Virus record (IMG/VR): IMGVR_UViG_3300027976_000026
Direction: 5' to 3' (one strand)
Length of the DNA stretch: 64,000 nt
Origin: an uncultured virus (IMG/VR IMGVR_UViG_3300027976_000026)
Taxonomy: Duplodnaviria > Heunggongvirae > Uroviricota > Caudoviricetes > Straboviridae
Part shown: piece after piece, positions 8,912 to 18,615 of the stretch
How the letters are laid out: each line of letters starts with the position of its first letter
How positions within the stretch are numbered: the stretch's first letter is position 1
Notes under the pieces: model-generated
Seen by the model: the letters and a program-made list of their open reading frames with translations, nothing else
What the model was told of the DNA's origin: nothing
Databases searched by the model: none
Position numbers and translations under genes: made by a program

Positions 8912-10825
8912 ATGCTGGGATTCAAAGAATATCGTAATAGGTTTACAGAAGCCACACCTGATGAGGGAGCGGTGCAGCCTGAAGACGTGCTAAAACACGA
9001 AAAGGCAGCAAGCATCCAAAATCAAGTCAATCAAATTGTTGACACTTGGGTTGCGGACTTGAAACGAACTCTCATAAACCCAATGACGCCTCTTGCAGAT
9101 CGTCGGGGTCTATGGGACCGTTTCAAGAATACCATGTCTAATGTGTGGCACGGACGTTACAACCAAACCAATCCGTATTTCTGGAAAAATAAACTTGGCG
9201 ATGACTTGGGAGCTACCCAGGAATCTTTCAATCCCAATAACCTTTCTTTGTCCGATTACAAATCTCTTCGAGACATCTGCGAATCCCTTGAAGAACAACT
9301 CAACGAAGATGTACCAGAGGGCGCTGAAAACCTTCGTTTGGTTCGTATGATTGATACGAAGGCAATGGAACTCAAGCAGAAACTCATGTCTATTGTCGGC
9401 GATGCTGGAGACTCTTCTAATGCCTCTGTGTTAACACCAGATGAGCCTTCAACATCGCCTTCAACATCGCCTTCAGCAGCCAATCCCGAAGATGGGGAAG
9501 TAGATTCCAAAGTCCCAGGTGGATTTTTGAGTTTAGTCAAAGTTGTAGAACAATGGGCAAAGTCCAAAAAAATGGATATGAAAGAAGCTCAAGATTTGAT
9601 CGACAGACTAACCAGCAAAAGAGATTCAATCAGACAAAAAGCCGCCGACGATTTCACAAAATACAACAATCAGTTCAATGGTGAATCAGACAAATCGACT
9701 CTTGGAACATCTGCATCACCGGATGCCACTGCATCCTCAGATGCTCCTGAATCTGACAAGGGAGCTTTGTTTACGCCGCCTTCTACTGGCAAACGATGGG
9801 AAGAACTCAATCCTGATGAGAAGTCCAAATGGGACATCTATGGCGGCGGTGCATCACATGGTTCTGGAACCAAAGTTGATGGTTGTTTGAATGACCACGG
9901 AATCTTTAAGATGCCTTGGATCATGAGAATTGGTGATCCACGCCGACAAATATTGGCGGATCAAAAAGAAGGCAAATTGCCAGATAGCAAAAAGTGCGGA
10001 AACAAGAAAGTTGGATCGCATTGGTTTGACTTCCTGCATCGTTTAGGACGTTGGGAATTGGATAGCGATCCCATCAAAGACGCAATGGGACTACAATCCA
10101 GAGTAGAAAAAGCAAAAGCAACAACAGAAGAAGCTCGTAGGAAGATGCCTCGCTCGACGGCACCTTCAGACGTTGATGCTGCTCGTGATGCGGCAATGGG
10201 AAGCGATCCAGCGGCTCCAGCGGCTCCAGCGGCTCCAGAAGCGGCTCCAGCGGCTCCAGCGGCTCCAGCGGCTCCAGAATCAATACCAACACCTACTCCA
10301 TCAATGAAAGATCGTGTTGGAAGTATTGGCGACGAAGTGCCAGAAGTAAAAAACAAGTTCACTGGAACTGGTTTAAGCGAACCAATGCACACTGGCGGTA
10401 GTGATGAACCAGAAAACACTCCACCTGATCTAAAGAGTAGAGTTGCTGGCATAGATGGCGCTGACGCTATTCCTAATCCAACTCCAAAAGAAGAACCAAA
10501 AGAAAAGCCTGTCAGACAAATGAAAAAAGAAATGGCGGCTCGCATTGAAGCATTGTCAGACGAAGACACAAAAGAACAATTGCTCAGAACATTGAAGAAA
10601 ATGAAAGATCGAACAGACCTTGCCCAACTTGAAAAAGAGTTGGGAATTCATGAATTAGCAAACATGGAAATAGAATGGACGGCAACAGATATGAAGAATT
10701 TCTACAAGCAACGTCTTCACGAAAGAAAAGGTGTGCCGCAACCTTTAGTGAACAACAAGAAGATTGAAATGCTTTCTTTCTCAGAAAGAACAAAGTATTT
10801 CAAAGAACAACTTCAAAAAAGGTAA
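8912..10825 (+). CDS. large low-complexity protein, candidate internal head protein
   Basis: GGAG RBS; N-terminus MLGFKEYRNRFTE; PAA repeats and many E-rich linkers. Confidence 0.6.
   Translation: MLGFKEYRNRFTEATPDEGAVQPEDVLKHEKAASIQNQVNQIVDTWVADLKRTLINPMTPLADRRGLWDRFKNTMSNVWHGRYNQTNPYFWKNKLGDDLGATQESFNPNNLSLSDYKSLRDICESLEEQLNEDVPEGAENLRLVRMIDTKAMELKQKLMSIVGDAGDSSNASVLTPDEPSTSPSTSPSAANPEDGEVDSKVPGGFLSLVKVVEQWAKSKKMDMKEAQDLIDRLTSKRDSIRQKAADDFTKYNNQFNGESDKSTLGTSASPDATASSDAPESDKGALFTPPSTGKRWEELNPDEKSKWDIYGGGASHGSGTKVDGCLNDHGIFKMPWIMRIGDPRRQILADQKEGKLPDSKKCGNKKVGSHWFDFLHRLGRWELDSDPIKDAMGLQSRVEKAKATTEEARRKMPRSTAPSDVDAARDAAMGSDPAAPAAPAAPEAAPAAPAAPAAPESIPTPTPSMKDRVGSIGDEVPEVKNKFTGTGLSEPMHTGGSDEPENTPPDLKSRVAGIDGADAIPNPTPKEEPKEKPVRQMKKEMAARIEALSDEDTKEQLLRTLKKMKDRTDLAQLEKELGIHELANMEIEWTATDMKNFYKQRLHERKGVPQPLVNNKKIEMLSFSERTKYFKEQLQKR
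10208..10277 (+). repeat. 9-bp coding repeat CCAGCGGCT (Pro-Ala-Ala)
   Basis: Directly visible tandem copies. Confidence 0.9.
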
Positions 10826-10869
10826 TATGAAGTTATATTGGCAGCTTCAATTTGAAGACTAAAAAATAA

Positions 10870-11802
10870 TCAATTGCCGTGTCTAGTCTGAACCCAGCGA
10901 ACAGTACCACTTTCAGATCGCATAATGACGCTATGTGTTGTTGGTCCACGAGAGTTAACAGAAACTCCCTTCAATAGACTACCATCGGTAATGCCAGTGG
11001 CAGCGAAACAACAATGACTCCTCACCAAGTCATCGTGCGAGAAGGTATCGCCTTTTAGTCCCACATCTTTATCCCAAACTTGAGCCAAGAAGAAGCCTCG
11101 CAAACACTTTACGGCTGCTGCCGTTATCACAGCTTCAGGTGCGCCACCTACGCCATATTGCATATCAATATTTCCATCAGCAGCAGAAATCGCACCAGAG
11201 ATGTCGCAGTCTTGTATCAACTTAATTCTGACTCCCAATTCTCTCATCTGGGCAATGTATTCTTCGTGACGAGGGCGATTGAGAATACAAACCATCAATT
11301 TGTCCACAGGTTTATTTAAGACTTCAGCAACTTGCTTGCACAATTCAGACAATGGGGTGCTGAGATAAAGATTTGTTCTACGAGCCACATCCCCACTGAC
11401 TGCGAGCTTTAGCATGTAATGCTCATCTGTATCAAACATGGTTCCTTTGTCGGCCATAGCAATAACGCTCATGGCTTCTGGCCCTGATGTCACAGTAGGG
11501 GTTGTTCCATCAATAGGATCGAGAGCAATGTCTACTTCTTTTGTGAATAAAGTACGAAGAACAGTTCCACCAAGATGAAGCCAACCACATCCAACACGGT
11601 CGCCCTTAAACAACCCATAACTTTCATCTTTTTTGCCTTCACCAATCTGGACTGTTCCTGCAACGTCCATGCGGTCAAGTCTGTCACGCATTGCGTTGGT
11701 AGCAGCCAAATCAGCTTCGAGTTTCTTGCCACTGCCTACCCAGGCTGCGGCAGCAATTGCCGCAGCTTCAGTTACACGAATCAAGTCCATATTATTGCGC
11801 AT
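10870..11802 (-). CDS. glpX: fructose-1,6-bisphosphatase class II
   Basis: RVTEAAA, VQIGEGKKDE, LDPIDGT, LNRPRH, GVGGAPEAVITAAAVKCL, FAATGITDGSLLKGV, SVIMRSESGTVR. Confidence 0.93.
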   Translation of the reverse strand: MRNNMDLIRVTEAAAIAAAAWVGSGKKLEADLAATNAMRDRLDRMDVAGTVQIGEGKKDESYGLFKGDRVGCGWLHLGGTVLRTLFTKEVDIALDPIDGTTPTVTSGPEAMSVIAMADKGTMFDTDEHYMLKLAVSGDVARRTNLYLSTPLSELCKQVAEVLNKPVDKLMVCILNRPRHEEYIAQMRELGVRIKLIQDCDISGAISAADGNIDMQYGVGGAPEAVITAAAVKCLRGFFLAQVWDKDVGLKGDTFSHDDLVRSHCCFAATGITDGSLLKGVSVNSRGPTTHSVIMRSESGTVRWVQTRHGN

Positions 11803-12215
11803 TATTGTTTCCTTAACATTTTCCCTTGGGCTTCTTTAGCTTGTCTTGCTAGGTTCGCCATTAAGTCATGATCTACAAAAGGAGAAGCATTAGGGTCAAC
11901 AGGAAGGATTGTCTGTTGACGCTCGACAGGAGCTTTTTTGATCTCTTGCATAATTTCTTCATATTTAGGATCGTCTTGGAGAATCACTTGTTCTTCAAGA
12001 ATCCCTATGATGTGCTGCCAAGTGTAGTAGTTGCGACATCCTGTCATATGATGCTTGGCGAAAATGCCATCTTCATCTACAGATTCGATTATTGCCGTAA
12101 AAAAGTCAGAGAATTGCTGATCCTGGAAGTTGGTCTTGGCCACAGTAGAAGTAAGTATGGTGCATACTTTGCCCACGAAGGCTTCCTGGAGTTTTTTAAC
12201 TGTAAGTGCTTTCAT
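11802..12215 (-). CDS. hypothetical protein
   Basis: Coupled ORF between the primase and glpX genes. Confidence 0.65.
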   Translation of the reverse strand: MKALTVKKLQEAFVGKVCTILTSTVAKTNFQDQQFSDFFTAIIESVDEDGIFAKHHMTGCRNYYTWQHIIGILEEQVILQDDPKYEEIMQEIKKAPVERQQTILPVDPNASPFVDHDLMANLARQAKEAQGKMLRKQ

Positions 12216-12218
12216 GTT

Positions 12219-13268
12219 TTAACCGAGTAAATCCTTGACATAACTTGCATGAGTTCCGTGTGGCCAAGAATAGTCAAGTGGCCGTTGATTTTTTTGGATA
12301 TAATGATGCAAAACTGCTGGTCCTAATTTAATTAACATTTCATTCCAATCATTATATCCTGGTGGTGGGATTACGAATTTTAGTTTTTCATTTCCCTTGA
12401 CGGTTTCCACGGAAGAAATCATCGAAGTCATTTTCGTGGTGCCTTGTTTGCCAGCTTTGTCTCTATCCAGACACAAAACAATTTTGTAGTCTGTGAGCAT
12501 TAGAGCTTGTTTCTCGCTCATGTTCTTGCCGCCGCAAGCAGCAGCGTTCAAGTCGCAGAGTTTCAAGCTGATAGCGTTGAACTCTCCTTCGCACAGATAG
12601 ATGGTTTCGTCGGCACGGGGCCAATTCCCCGCCATAAATACGACATCTTCTTTGCCAACCCCAAGTTCCTTGGGTGGACCGAGATATTTGCACTTAGATT
12701 TACCGATATGCCGACCATTCCAATATACGAGTTTTTTGTTTCGGTCGTAATATGGAATGATGATTCTGGCTTTGTATCTGTCTTCAGTGCAGATATACAA
12801 ACCATCAATCGGAAGTTGGCGATTGACAAGATACTCTTCGGCCTTCTTTCGCCACCAATTATTGGTGCCAAGAGCCAAAATCAATTCACAACCTAAAGGC
12901 AATTCCAGATCAGGTTTGGGGACTATTGGTTCCTGTTCAACAGAATCACCAAACATCTCCTCAAATTGTCTTTCCAAGTCCCGAATGCTGGTGCGGCCAT
13001 CGAGCGTCGTCAGAGCGTCTTCTCGGTCGCAACTGTCAACGATTTGGACCAGCTTAACCAAGCTGCCTTTCTGGTCGGTCTTGAAGCAGTGGTATACGCC
13101 ACCCTTTCTTTTCTTTTTGCCACCCGTGGGCGAACACCAAAGGTGATAATCGTCGTCGCCTTTGTCGAATATACTGTTGATGCGTACTTCTTTACCTTTG
13201 ACGAGAATATTGTCCTCGCCAAAGCGGGCCTTTGCCCATTTCACAAATTTATTGAAGTCAACAGCCAT
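12219..13268 (-). CDS. DNA primase (T4 gp61-like, Toprim)
   Basis: YHCFK, RIIIPYYD..LVYWNGR, KYLGP, YLCEGEFNAI, LCLDRDKAG, NDWNE. Confidence 0.85.
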   Translation of the reverse strand: MAVDFNKFVKWAKARFGEDNILVKGKEVRINSIFDKGDDDYHLWCSPTGGKKKRKGGVYHCFKTDQKGSLVKLVQIVDSCDREDALTTLDGRTSIRDLERQFEEMFGDSVEQEPIVPKPDLELPLGCELILALGTNNWWRKKAEEYLVNRQLPIDGLYICTEDRYKARIIIPYYDRNKKLVYWNGRHIGKSKCKYLGPPKELGVGKEDVVFMAGNWPRADETIYLCEGEFNAISLKLCDLNAAACGGKNMSEKQALMLTDYKIVLCLDRDKAGKQGTTKMTSMISSVETVKGNEKLKFVIPPPGYNDWNEMLIKLGPAVLHHYIQKNQRPLDYSWPHGTHASYVKDLLG

Positions 13269-13336
13269 ATTTCCCTCTAGTTCGACCGATCCATATACTT
13301 TACAATATACTCATCCTTACCTTTGGTGGAATCATT

Positions 13337-14119
13337 ATGAGCCAAGAACATTTGATTTGTGAACATATTTCTGTATCGAGAAAGCAGACCTGGAATGAGT
13401 GTCAGGCAAAATACAAATTCCGGTATCATCTCAAGGTTCCGGTTGAGGGACCAGTGCAGCCGTATTTTGTTTACGGCAAGCTAGTTCATAAGATAGCCGA
13501 AGTGTACGTCCAAGAACAAGGCCAACGTGCAATCGAAGATATTGCTCACGACTGTCTTCACGGGATTATCGAAGTCGAGAAGGGGCAAGGCCCACCAGTT
13601 CTGGAAGCGAGCTACAAAAAGAAATTACCAGAACACGTTCGGAATCTCAAACAATTAAGCGACCGTATTGGATTTGACGGACATCTGGAGTGGCAGTTCC
13701 ATTATGACCTTCAGCCGCCCGATCAACATTTCATCACGGGATTTATCGACAGACTGATTATCCGTGGCGACAAATATTTCATTTTGGATTACAAAACAAC
13801 GAAGAAAGGATTCTACCGAAAGAATACCAATACGATCCGCAACGATATTCAACTTCGCTGTTACGCACGGGTCGTACAAAAAGAATTCGGAGCCAAGGCT
13901 GAGAATATTCGGGCTGCGTTATATTACGTTGATGGCAATGGCGGAGATTTAATCGCCACCAAGTTCAGCCAGGAATCACTTGACGCAGCAGAAACAGAGA
14001 TGCACGACGCATTTAATGAAATCGTCGGCACTCATCCTGATGATGTGTATGGTCGTGTAGGCGACCAGTGCCGACGATGTGATTATCGAAAGATTTGTCC
14101 GTTCTATTCACTCACTTAA
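13337..14119 (+). CDS. PD-(D/E)XK exonuclease, Cas4/AddB-like with Fe-S staple
   Basis: N-terminal C (WNECQ), GKLVH, GFIDRL..ILDYKT, QLRCY, C-terminal CRRCDYRKICP. Confidence 0.85.
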   Translation: MSQEHLICEHISVSRKQTWNECQAKYKFRYHLKVPVEGPVQPYFVYGKLVHKIAEVYVQEQGQRAIEDIAHDCLHGIIEVEKGQGPPVLEASYKKKLPEHVRNLKQLSDRIGFDGHLEWQFHYDLQPPDQHFITGFIDRLIIRGDKYFILDYKTTKKGFYRKNTNTIRNDIQLRCYARVVQKEFGAKAENIRAALYYVDGNGGDLIATKFSQESLDAAETEMHDAFNEIVGTHPDDVYGRVGDQCRRCDYRKICPFYSLT

Positions 14120-14761
14120 ATGAATGATTAAATCATTCAGATATTTGAAAAATCGAACATCAGTTTTACTACTGTAAACGACTTTCTTCAAGTATCCCGA
14201 TCCGTAAGGTGGCTCATCATTTTCTGGCATATTTTGTAAAATTATACACATGGGTGCATTTACACTCATGCTAATATGTCCTATACCACTGGCGCAACCA
14301 ACAAATAATTTACAAGTGGATAACACTTCAATGATGTGAGACAACGGCTTGTGATTCCCCAAATTAACTGGAATGAGTCCAATAGAATGAATGTACGAAA
14401 TGAATTCATTAACTTCATTCATTGAGGGATTCTTGTGCCAGAAAGATGACCGTCCATCAAATTGATATGCAACGATTTTACTATCTGTATCTCTCCATAC
14501 GCTTTTTGTAGGAAGGTACTTTGTCAAAAAAGCCTTGCGATAATCACAAGGAATGATTTTCCTTGTTTTATCAAACTCAAGGCATCCTGTTGTGTTAAAA
14601 AAAGAAACCAATTCTTGAAGATGGCGTTCATCAAAATCACAATTTACAAAAATTGGTCTATTCTTTTCTTCAGATTCTCTGAGCAAACAAGAGATAGCGG
14701 CCCATCTATCTCCTAATCCAAATTGGATATAACGAGCAGGAATTTTATCTATTTTTAGCAT
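14108..14761 (-). CDS. GT9-like (GT-B) glycosyltransferase
   Basis: GLGDR; CKLFVGCASGIGHISMSVNAP; likely start MLKIDK at 14761. Confidence 0.6.
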   Translation of the reverse strand: MLKIDKIPARYIQFGLGDRWAAISCLLRESEEKNRPIFVNCDFDERHLQELVSFFNTTGCLEFDKTRKIIPCDYRKAFLTKYLPTKSVWRDTDSKIVAYQFDGRSSFWHKNPSMNEVNEFISYIHSIGLIPVNLGNHKPLSHIIEVLSTCKLFVGCASGIGHISMSVNAPMCIILQNMPENDEPPYGSGYLKKVVYSSKTDVRFFKYLNDLIIHLSE

Positions 14762-14771
14762 CACGCCTCGT

Positions 14772-15671
14772 TTAACGACCACCCGGAAGCAGGACATATT
14801 CCGGTGTGTATGTGCCTTGAGGACCACTGCGATCTTTAACCGGAATCTGACGTGCTGCGGCACCACCCGGCTTCTGGCTTAACAAGAACTCATATCCACC
14901 TTGTTGATTCCAATATTTGTGGATAGCAGATAAAGGAGTAAAATATCCTTTACCGCTTCCGTCACGATATTGAGTTCCCCAACAAGTTGCGATATAATAA
15001 CCATCATCATCCATCAGCCCACCGCCAGAACGTCCTGGGCGTGGGCTGTTTTGGTTTGTGATTAAATCACCACCGCCAAGCCCAAGCATTTCAATGTCGT
15101 AGTGCGCAACCTCATTGGCACCATCACACCCCAAAGAGTGGGCGTGACGACCAGCTTTATACTCATAATTCACAGGAGCAATAGGGAAATAGTCAGGTTG
15201 CCAATCTGGGGTAAAAATCACAAGTGATGTATCCTGACCCTGGATGTAACTATAGAATACTACATTGGCATTGTAACTCTTGGGAGCATCCAACTTCTTG
15301 TCGTTATGATACCAAGCGATGACTTTGCAGGTCATATTTCTACGCTTGCCTTCTTCTGCGGACATGGTTCCTTGATTCCACATATGTCCACAGGATGCGA
15401 CGTAAGCAAGATTTTTAGCTGCATCGTAATAAACGATAGTTCCAGAACCAGAACCGCCACCAACACTGATCTTAACAGATACAGCGAGAAACTTACGGAA
15501 CTCTGGACCACGTTGTTCGTTGGGAGCCATGCCCGCAAAACCAGCCGGGCGACGCTCCATAATCGGCATATTGTCTAGCGCATCGTATGTGTACGCAGAA
15601 GGGGACTCAGCGGTGGCAACAGAAGCCAGAAAGCTGACCAAAAAGACAAAAACATAAGATAATTTGAACAT
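14772..15671 (-). CDS. exported trypsin-like (S1) serine protease
   Basis: Signal peptide; GSGTIV, SCGH (His), DTSL (Asp), GRSGGG (Ser). Confidence 0.8.
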   Translation of the reverse strand: MFKLSYVFVFLVSFLASVATAESPSAYTYDALDNMPIMERRPAGFAGMAPNEQRGPEFRKFLAVSVKISVGGGSGSGTIVYYDAAKNLAYVASCGHMWNQGTMSAEEGKRRNMTCKVIAWYHNDKKLDAPKSYNANVVFYSYIQGQDTSLVIFTPDWQPDYFPIAPVNYEYKAGRHAHSLGCDGANEVAHYDIEMLGLGGGDLITNQNSPRPGRSGGGLMDDDGYYIATCWGTQYRDGSGKGYFTPLSAIHKYWNQQGGYEFLLSQKPGGAAARQIPVKDRSGPQGTYTPEYVLLPGGR

Positions 15672-15679
15672 CGCTACTC

Positions 15680-15715
15680 CTTAGCATGAAGACGACTCTT
15701 AGCATGAAGACGACT
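15680..15715. repeat. 18-bp tandem duplication in a divergent promoter region
   Basis: CTTAGCATGAAGACGACT x2. Confidence 0.9.
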
Positions 15716-15747
15716 CCTACCATCTATATATTCGTGAGGACCAAAGA

Positions 15748-16197
15748 ATGGCAACGCTGACTATTTCGCATTACATCTATTTGAACCGGAAACAACGCTA
15801 TAAGTTGCATTCTGGCGAATCGCTTGAAGTTACAGGCATTAGTGTGCCAGTATGGTTCCATCGTGGAACGACTTCTGAGCCTGCCAAAGAGATGTTCTGT
15901 AAGTACAAGTTGACGAATGAAGCGATCAACAAGGCAATTATGCCTATGGAAGAAGGCTACAATATCAATCTACCTCAGAAATTGGAACTTGGTGGCGATA
16001 ACGTGCCTAAAGAAGTGCAAGATGTTGTAACCGTCCAGCTAGGAACTTCCGAAAGACTTTTGGACTTAAAAGACGGCGGTTCAGAATGGCTGGAATTCAG
16101 ACAGTACAACAAGGTTCAACAAGGCATACACAAATTTAATGTTGTGCATTTTGTTGAAATTAAGCCTGATGAATTACTGCAAGACACCATGAATTAA
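15748..16197 (+). CDS. hypothetical protein
   Basis: GAGG RBS, 149-aa ORF. Confidence 0.65.
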   Translation: MATLTISHYIYLNRKQRYKLHSGESLEVTGISVPVWFHRGTTSEPAKEMFCKYKLTNEAINKAIMPMEEGYNINLPQKLELGGDNVPKEVQDVVTVQLGTSERLLDLKDGGSEWLEFRQYNKVQQGIHKFNVVHFVEIKPDELLQDTMN

Positions 16198-16697
16198 GCA
16201 GGAACATCTCTTAAAGCGAGGGCCATTCGCATATTGATGGCATCTCCACTTGTCAAAGTGAGTGTGTTAGACAATGGATTGCTGGCCAATAAAATTCCAT
16301 TCCCTACCATGAATAAATTAGACACTGGACCCCAGCCTGATCCTGTTGCGATAAACGTGACGATCTGGCTGGTGGCTCTGTAAGCTCCACTTACAACATC
16401 AATGGTGAACTGTCCTGATGAGCTTACAGCTTGTCGTAAATATCCATTGTCAGATGGCTCGTCGGCAATATCTGTCATGAGATCATCAACAGTGATAGCT
16501 GCACGATTGTCTAGTCCAAAGTAATAGTTTGCTGGTGGATATGTGCCTGGGCTGGAATCAAAGGCACAAGTCAACATAAACATTTCTCCACCAATGTGTA
16601 AAGTGTTGAGTAGGTTTTTTTCTTCCCAAATCACCTTGCCGTCTCGGACGTGTTGGATTTCAAGAATCTTAACTAAGCCATGCCAATCTTTTTTCAT
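16194..16697 (-). CDS. probable tail/baseplate-associated structural protein
   Basis: NLLNTLHIGGE, EPSDNGYLRQAV, F.ATGSGWGPV, TLTSGD resemble phage tail beta-sandwich proteins. Confidence 0.5.
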   Translation of the reverse strand: MKKDWHGLVKILEIQHVRDGKVIWEEKNLLNTLHIGGEMFMLTCAFDSSPGTYPPANYYFGLDNRAAITVDDLMTDIADEPSDNGYLRQAVSSSGQFTIDVVSGAYRATSQIVTFIATGSGWGPVSNLFMVGNGILLASNPLSNTLTLTSGDAINMRMALALRDVPA

Positions 16698-17251
16698 TTT
16701 GAACCTAACTTTATTGGCGTTTTCTCGCCAGTTTTCGAGGAAAAGAAAATCTTATTGATCGTAAACTTTTCATTTACGAAGGCATCATTGCCAATGTATT
16801 GTCGGCCTTCACCTTTTCGCATGTAGCAAATTGTAACATGAGGCACATAAACAGGATAACTTTCTGTAGCCTCTAAACTTCTTCGCATCTTTCGGTTTAG
16901 CCTGTGTAGTTCTTCGCATTCCACACCTACAATCAGCACATCGAATTTGTCGCTTTTCGTAAACAAATCAATCTTGCCTAATTTACACTCAAACTCTTTC
17001 TCTTCGGTAAACAAGTCAGAGACTTCTTTTAAGTTGTCTGTATGAATGCCGTATATCAAAGTAATGTGAGGGTCATCCTCTCGACCGAAACCAGGGTCTT
17101 TAGGATCGAGAAATACTGATTCATTAGGTACATGATCCCACCCCCAAGAAATTGCATTGTCTGCAATTTCTTCTGGTAGTTCGACCAATAATGAAGAGTA
17201 ATCGTATTTGTTTCTACGAGTCTCATTAACCAAGAACTGCTTGAAGCTCAT
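16694..17251 (-). CDS. 2H phosphoesterase, T4 gp57B/Acb1-like
   Basis: Two HxT motifs: DPHITLIYG and YVPHVTICY; start MSFKQFLVNE. Confidence 0.75.
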   Translation of the reverse strand: MSFKQFLVNETRRNKYDYSSLLVELPEEIADNAISWGWDHVPNESVFLDPKDPGFGREDDPHITLIYGIHTDNLKEVSDLFTEEKEFECKLGKIDLFTKSDKFDVLIVGVECEELHRLNRKMRRSLEATESYPVYVPHVTICYMRKGEGRQYIGNDAFVNEKFTINKIFFSSKTGEKTPIKLGSK

Positions 17252-17567
17252 CGCCATCATCTTTCTCGTCATCTACCTTTCGGCGGCGTTGTTGGATGTC
17301 TTCAATCTTGGCTTTCTCTTTGGATATTTCCTCATCAATAGCCTGAATTGCTCGGAACGGGTCATACGCATACGCATTGCCTTGGCCCCGTGCCAATTCA
17401 CGACGTTCTGAGTTAACCTCACGACGATCCCGTTTCTTTTCAACAGTCTCTAGCTTTCCTAGAGCGGCCCGTATGTGATAACGTACTTCTGACAAAGAGT
17501 GATCCTGCGGTACTTGCGATAACGCTTTCTGCAAAGCCACCTTTGTTTCATTTGTGTTGTTTTTCAT
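17226..17567 (-). CDS. hypothetical coiled-coil protein
   Basis: Overlaps both neighbours in an operon. Confidence 0.65.
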   Translation of the reverse strand: MKNNTNETKVALQKALSQVPQDHSLSEVRYHIRAALGKLETVEKKRDRREVNSERRELARGQGNAYAYDPFRAIQAIDEEISKEKAKIEDIQQRRRKVDDEKDDGDELQAVLG

Positions 17568-18526
17568 GTACTCATCCTCTCGATCCAGCGCATTGGGGCT
17601 TCTTCCCCTATGACTTGATATTCTTTTACATCTCCCTCATGGAGACATTCTTTGAGATATTTTTCTTCAACCCGGACTTTCCATACATCGGAGTTTCCAG
17701 GCAAAGGACTGTTCGCTAGGGTTATGTGGCTCGGCAAAACCGCTTCAATCCCAAGTGACAAATCTCTTTTTGCGATTTCAAAATATCTACGTTCAGATAA
17801 TGGTCTTGTCATATACAGAGTCAATATCTTGTTGTATTTAGGGTTGGTTCTGAGCTTTGCCAGCAAATCTTGCATGTCATTTTTTAGACTTCCGGGCAAC
17901 TCTTCTTCAGTGAGCAATTTGGACTTAAATCCTGTTGACGTGTGTTCGTACAAGAAAACTGCCTGGAACGCATCGCCTACCGAGATTTTAGCCTCGGACA
18001 CCACCCAGCCCACTTCTGGGCAGATGGCCTCTACTACAATTTTATGTTCATGCCATGTCGGGATTTTAGATATTGCCAAATTTATGTTGTGAATCATTTG
18101 GTCAATAATTGATGTTGATTCAGCAATCAACGATTTAACGACATCATCTGCTTCTTCTGGTCCGAAATCCTTGCCGTATAATTTAGCTTGATATTGAAAC
18201 ATTGCTGTTTCGATCTTATCGGACAAACTCTGATCTGGTTTGTGATAATCAGCCCATCGACGAAATGTCATGTGGGCGTGATTTACTCGTTTCGGATCGG
18301 CAGTGCGTATTGCCATCTTGAACTCATCCGACAAAGGATAAGCTAATTCTGATAAAGTTCTGGCTACTTCTTTGATGTTGACGATATTTTTGCGAGCTTC
18401 GACAAGCTGTTTATCTGGTTTGAGCATAAGGCTCGCCATGTCAGCGTGCAGCTTTTCCTTGTATTCGTCCATGACGACAAGGATGCTTGTTTGAGCTTTA
18501 TTTTCAAGGTATTTCATGAACGACAT
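17564..18526 (-). CDS. hypothetical protein, candidate internal head protein
   Basis: 320-aa ORF beginning MSFMKYLE. Confidence 0.65.
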   Translation of the reverse strand: MSFMKYLENKAQTSILVVMDEYKEKLHADMASLMLKPDKQLVEARKNIVNIKEVARTLSELAYPLSDEFKMAIRTADPKRVNHAHMTFRRWADYHKPDQSLSDKIETAMFQYQAKLYGKDFGPEEADDVVKSLIAESTSIIDQMIHNINLAISKIPTWHEHKIVVEAICPEVGWVVSEAKISVGDAFQAVFLYEHTSTGFKSKLLTEEELPGSLKNDMQDLLAKLRTNPKYNKILTLYMTRPLSERRYFEIAKRDLSLGIEAVLPSHITLANSPLPGNSDVWKVRVEEKYLKECLHEGDVKEYQVIGEEAPMRWIERMST

Positions 18527-18615
18527 TTAATTTCGCCTCTTTCGATGACAGGCGATATTCCGACATTCTGTCGAACACATACGCTGTGTTTTATATATTC
18601 TGTGAAACATAGTAA

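Noticed and set aside
13337..14119. Cas4-like gene as part of a CRISPR-Cas locus
   Set aside because: No cas1/cas2 or array in the window; solo Cas4-like nucleases are common in phages.
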